Below, piece by piece: positions 48,384-50,908 of a DNA stretch of 50,908 nt (positions are counted from its first letter, which is position 1; each line of letters opens with the position of its first letter). The stretch lies in the IMG/VR virus record IMGVR_UViG_3300045988_169817; one strand, given 5' to 3'. Under the pieces are notes generated by a model. The model saw only the letters and a list, made by a program, of their open reading frames with translations, searched no databases and was not told the DNA's origin. Position numbers and translations under genes: made by a program. Source of the DNA: a virus.

Positions 48384-48780
48384 GCGAGAATGGGATTTTG
48401 TCAATTCCTTATTAAGTCTAGGGGCCTAGATTGATATTTGCGAGAATGTATGCGAGAATGAGAATTTATGAGCCTCTGGGCCTTGCTCATACTCATATAT
48501 GATTTGAATCCCAATTTGCGAGAATGATTTGAACCCCCAATTTGCGAGAATGGTTTGAACCCCAATTTGCGAGAATGATTTGAAGCCAAAAAATTTTTCT
48601 GCCTATGGACATGGCTCTATATACTATATATGATTTGAATCCCAATTTGCGAGAATGAGAATTTATGAGCCTCTGGGCCTTGCTCATACTTATATATGAT
48701 TTGAATCCCAATTTGCGAGAATGATTTGAAGCCAAAAAATTTTTCTGCCTATGGACATGGCTCTATATACTATATATAAG
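48384..48780. repeat. Array of nine same-orientation TGCGAGAAT boxes embedded in two larger duplications
   Basis: Boxes at 48384, 48440, 48452, 48518, 48544, 48569, 48649 and 48715. The block at 48452-48531 recurs at 48649-48728 with one mismatch. The block at 48569-48632 recurs at 48715-48778. Confidence 0.9.
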
Positions 48781-48881
48781 GGGGCACCCAGGCACTGCGG
48801 CAGGGGCCTAATTTCCACACAGGCTAAACAAATTAAATATAAAAATCTATTTCGTTAAAAAGCATTAAGCCTGACAGCCTC

Positions 48882-48970
48882 ATTCGTTAATTATAGCTTG
48901 ATTCATTAATTATGGTTTAATTCATTAATTATGGTTTAATTTGTTAATTATTGGTTTGATTCGTTAAGAA
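48882..48970. repeat. Tandem repeat of about 19 nt (about 4.5 copies, attcattaattatggttta)
   Basis: Units at 48882, 48901, 48920, 48939 and 48959. They are flanked by an imperfect direct repeat tcgttaaNaagcattaagNct. Confidence 0.85.
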
Positions 48971-49313
48971 GCATTAAGGCTATGAGCCTGTTAACAACTC
49001 TCTGGTAAAACAACCTTCAAGTTCCAAGCCATAACCAGGCTCACAGGCTCTCCTCTAACAAGGTTTAACGAAGCTTTGACATTTCCTAACCGAAAATATT
49101 TTCAGGTTCCGATTGTTTTATTAGCTGACAGTTATAAAATCATTATTTTCAGCTTATTAACGAAACAACCAGGAAATCTAATACAATTTAACTTGTAAGA
49201 TTTTTATAGGTTATTTATTTTACAGGTTATATAGCCAACAATTTTTAATATTCATATCCAGGTTTCTTAACACTTTTTTAATGCATAAATTTTATAGCCG
49301 GTAAAATTATTAT

Positions 49314-49334
49314 TATATTAGCATATCGAAAATA
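49314..49334 (+). promoter_or_regulatory. Promoter-like 21-mer TATATTAGCATATCGAAAATA (one mismatch in the -7 box)
   Basis: Near-identical to 49447-49467 and to the reverse complement of 21248-21268. Confidence 0.4.
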
Positions 49335-49374
49335 AGCCGGATATATATATAATAATTTAATGGTTATTAACCAA

Positions 49375-49414
49375 ATATCCAATACTTATTAACGAATATC
49401 CAATACTTATTAAC
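49375..49414. repeat. Direct repeat atatccaatacttattaac, two copies with 21-bp period
   Basis: 49375-49393 and 49396-49414 are identical. Confidence 0.85.
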
Positions 49415-49446
49415 CAAATAAATTTTTCCGGTTAAAATAAAATTGG

Positions 49447-49467
49447 TATATTTGTATATCGAAAATA
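49447..49467 (+). promoter_or_regulatory. Promoter TATATTTGTATATCGAAAATA for the plus-strand gene block
   Basis: TAnnTTTG box 61 nt upstream of the ATG at 49508. Confidence 0.6.
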
Positions 49468-49507
49468 AAACGAGAATAATATGGAATAATTAAAAAATAT
49501 AGACAGT

Positions 49508-49864
49508 ATGAAAATTAGCAGAAACTATCGTTTCGTCCTGACAGTTCTGGACAACGAGAAAATTAACGCGGGAGAAATCCGTATTGACAGCAGTGCTGTA
49601 ACCGGCGAGAGAATGTTTGTCAGCGAATGCCATTATTATGCCGAAAAAAATATTTTGGAATGCCTGAAAGAGGCCGACAAAAGAAATGACCTGAGCGGTT
49701 ATTACGGCCATACGTACTGTATTTATAAGGAAAACAAGTCGAAAAAGGAAATAACCGAACGGGAGGAGGACGGCAAGAAGATTGTCGAAACTAGAGAAAT
49801 ACCGGGAGAGGCAATGTTGCTCGAAATAATAACCGTGGACGAAAATGGCGTAAATATCCGCTGA
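49508..49864 (+). CDS. Hypothetical protein (118 aa)
   Basis: ATG-initiated ORF, the first gene of the plus-strand block. Confidence 0.55.
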   Translation: MKISRNYRFVLTVLDNEKINAGEIRIDSSAVTGERMFVSECHYYAEKNILECLKEADKRNDLSGYYGHTYCIYKENKSKKEITEREEDGKKIVETREIPGEAMLLEIITVDENGVNIR

Positions 49865-49874
49865 TGCGGATATT
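49851..49874 (+). other. 10-bp hairpin spanning the stop codon of the 49508 ORF
   Basis: AAATATCCGC-tgat-GCGGATATTT. Confidence 0.6.
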
Positions 49875-49876
49875 TA

Positions 49877-49923
49877 GCCCAGGCCGGGAAGGCTGTACAG
49901 GAGTTCGACTCTCCTGCTGGGCA
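49877..49923 (+). ncRNA. tRNA-like acceptor/T-arm minihelix. It could be a tRNA fragment, an att-like remnant or a tRNA mimic.
   Basis: GCCCAG...CTGGGC acceptor-like stem (6 bp) enclosing AGGAG-TTCGACT-CTCCT, which fits the T-arm consensus. There is no D or anticodon arm. Confidence 0.4.
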
Positions 49924-49964
49924 CAATTGGCAATATTGCCGAGAGGATTAAAATAAACTATAAT

Positions 49965-50168
49965 ATGGATAAATTTAATTTAGTAGTACGTGCTGCAAGA
50001 GAATTGGCGCGTGCCGTACAAGAGAATTATTATGGCCTGTCAGACCTAGATAATATTAATTACAGCGAGGTATGTGAATGGTGTAACTTTCCTGATTTAC
50101 AAGACGGAGGTATATATGAACAGGCTATTGATGCGGCTGCAAAAATTATTATAGAGGTTATTAAATAA
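49965..50168 (+). CDS. Hypothetical small protein (67 aa)
   Basis: ATG-initiated ORF. Confidence 0.45.
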   Translation: MDKFNLVVRAARELARAVQENYYGLSDLDNINYSEVCEWCNFPDLQDGGIYEQAIDAAAKIIIEVIK

Positions 50169-50178
50169 CAGGAGAATT

Positions 50179-50460
50179 ATGGCACAATTACAGCAATTTT
50201 TGTTCGGATTATCGTTCGGACAGGCCAGGAGAATACGCGGATATATGCTGAAACGGCGTGTATTGCGGCTCAATGAAAGGCCTAGAGCAGGCCATAAATG
50301 GCTATATGCCGAACGAGGATATATTAGAAGGACTGTCAGAAGTATTGGCAGGAGAGTCCTGCACGGGAGAATGGCCGAGAGATATGCAGCTAGTAATATG
50401 TATGGAGGCATGGCAGTAAAAAGTGTTGGACTAAAACAAGAGGACAGCAATGGAAAATAA
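50179..50460 (+). CDS. Hypothetical Arg-rich basic protein (93 aa)
   Basis: ATG preceded by aggag, one of the few SD-like sites in the window. Confidence 0.45.
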   Translation: MAQLQQFLFGLSFGQARRIRGYMLKRRVLRLNERPRAGHKWLYAERGYIRRTVRSIGRRVLHGRMAERYAASNMYGGMAVKSVGLKQEDSNGK

Positions 50461-50698
50461 CAAATCGCAGTTCAAGAGGACAGGAGTTTTGCATGGCGGA
50501 ACCGAGTGCGTTGAGGTACAAATAAGTCACTCAGGCGATGCGGCAAGGTATGTGAGCACAATCATGTTCACAGTAAGGGACCCAGAGGTCACGAGAGGCC
50601 GTTGGCAAGAGAAACGCTACAGCAAGAGAAACGGCCATGCGTATATTGTGAAGTACGGCAAGAGGCTATATTTGCACAAATTTCTAAGAATATACTAA
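50450..50698 (+). CDS. Hypothetical protein (82 aa)
   Basis: ATG-initiated ORF overlapping the previous one by 11 nt. Confidence 0.45.
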   Translation: MENNKSQFKRTGVLHGGTECVEVQISHSGDAARYVSTIMFTVRDPEVTRGRWQEKRYSKRNGHAYIVKYGKRLYLHKFLRIY

Positions 50699-50699
50699 C

Positions 50700-50908
50700 A
50701 TGGCAGCAAGAGACTATAAATTTGAGTACATGCTACTCAACCGGCTTCAATGCGATTGCAATTACTATCTTGGCCACGGCGGCCGAAATGCTCAGCATTG
50801 TCTTTGGGCCCATGGCGAGCAGAAACAAATCGATAAAATGCGAGAGCTTTACGATTTGTTGCCGGTTAAACCTGAGTGGCTTACAAGAGAACAAATTGAT
50901 GGATACGC
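50700..50908 (+). CDS. 5' part of the wrap-around ORF (it continues at 100-121). 76-aa protein with the motif YMLLNRLQCDCNYYLGHGGRN...LW...PEWLTREQIDGY.
   Basis: The ATG lies 2 nt after the previous stop codon, and the reading frame is continuous through the terminal overlap. Confidence 0.6.
   Translation, partial: MAARDYKFEYMLLNRLQCDCNYYLGHGGRNAQHCLWAHGEQKQIDKMRELYDLLPVKPEWLTREQIDGY
50810..50908. repeat. Second copy of the 99-bp terminal direct repeat
   Basis: Identical to 1-99 by eye. Confidence 0.95.

Noticed and set aside
48401-48735. Two ORF-track entries (48401-48589 and 48493-48735, minus strand) with repetitive translations such as NHSRKLGFK.
   Set aside because: They are read-through of the GCGAGAAT repeat array. 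Their internal periodicity mirrors the DNA repeats, they overlap each other in different frames, and they have no start context. They are treated as non-coding.
48384-48970. Possible CRISPR array, given the many short direct repeats.
   Set aside because: The repeat units are 8-25 bp, not about 28-37 bp. Spacings are irregular, and the sequences between them are themselves duplicated rather than unique spacers. No cas genes are present.
49877-49923. attP site for integration into a host tRNA gene, which would imply a temperate lifestyle.
   Set aside because: No tyrosine or serine recombinase, excisionase or CI-like repressor module was found in any frame. It is retained only as one possible origin of the tRNA-like fragment.

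Overview
This window looks like a complete, circularly closed genome of a tailed dsDNA phage. Bases 1-99 are identical to 50810-50908, so the unique length is about 50.8 kb. The host is probably a member of Bacteroidota: several gene starts are preceded by TATATTTG, which fits the Bacteroides -7 promoter consensus TAnnTTTG, and Shine-Dalgarno sites are mostly absent.

Gene layout:
- Minus strand, about 47.9 kb down to 3.5 kb, holds most genes, in this order.
  - Packaging: a GIY-YIG endonuclease, a putative small terminase, and a large terminase interrupted by an intein.
  - Head: portal, scaffold and capsid candidates.
  - Tail: a 1311-aa tape measure protein, fibre proteins and an SGNH esterase.
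  - Lysis: holin, T7-lysozyme-like amidase and a u-spanin-like lipoprotein.
  - Replication: HTH protein, DUF2800-type nuclease, DUF2815-type SSB, family A DNA polymerase, AEP primase/helicase, VRR-NUC nuclease and SNF2 helicase.
  - Nucleotide metabolism and regulation: SAM methyltransferase, dUTPase, Pol-beta nucleotidyltransferase, a ThyA-family enzyme with the dCMP-hydroxymethylase signature, and an atypical OmpR-type response regulator.
- Plus strand, 49.5 kb through the junction to 3.4 kb, holds a short block of small and more GC-rich ORFs.
- No integrase, CRISPR array or rRNA was seen.

Most notable observations:
1. The 8-mer GCGAGAAT occurs about 18 times by hand count, almost only between genes, often as pairs 10-12 bp apart. 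Nine copies sit in a 1.6-kb gene-free repeat region. The phage also encodes an Asp-less OmpR/PhoB-like winged-helix regulator that could be its binding partner.
2. A predicted dCMP hydroxymethylase sits next to a dUTPase, a methyltransferase and a nucleotidyltransferase, which suggests modified cytosine in the DNA.
3. A LAGLIDADG intein splits the terminase Walker A motif.
4. There are two non-canonical tRNA-like elements.
5. A Cys-rich micro-ORF pair is joined by an in-frame TGA.

All calls come from reading the sequence and the ORF track by eye. No database search was run.
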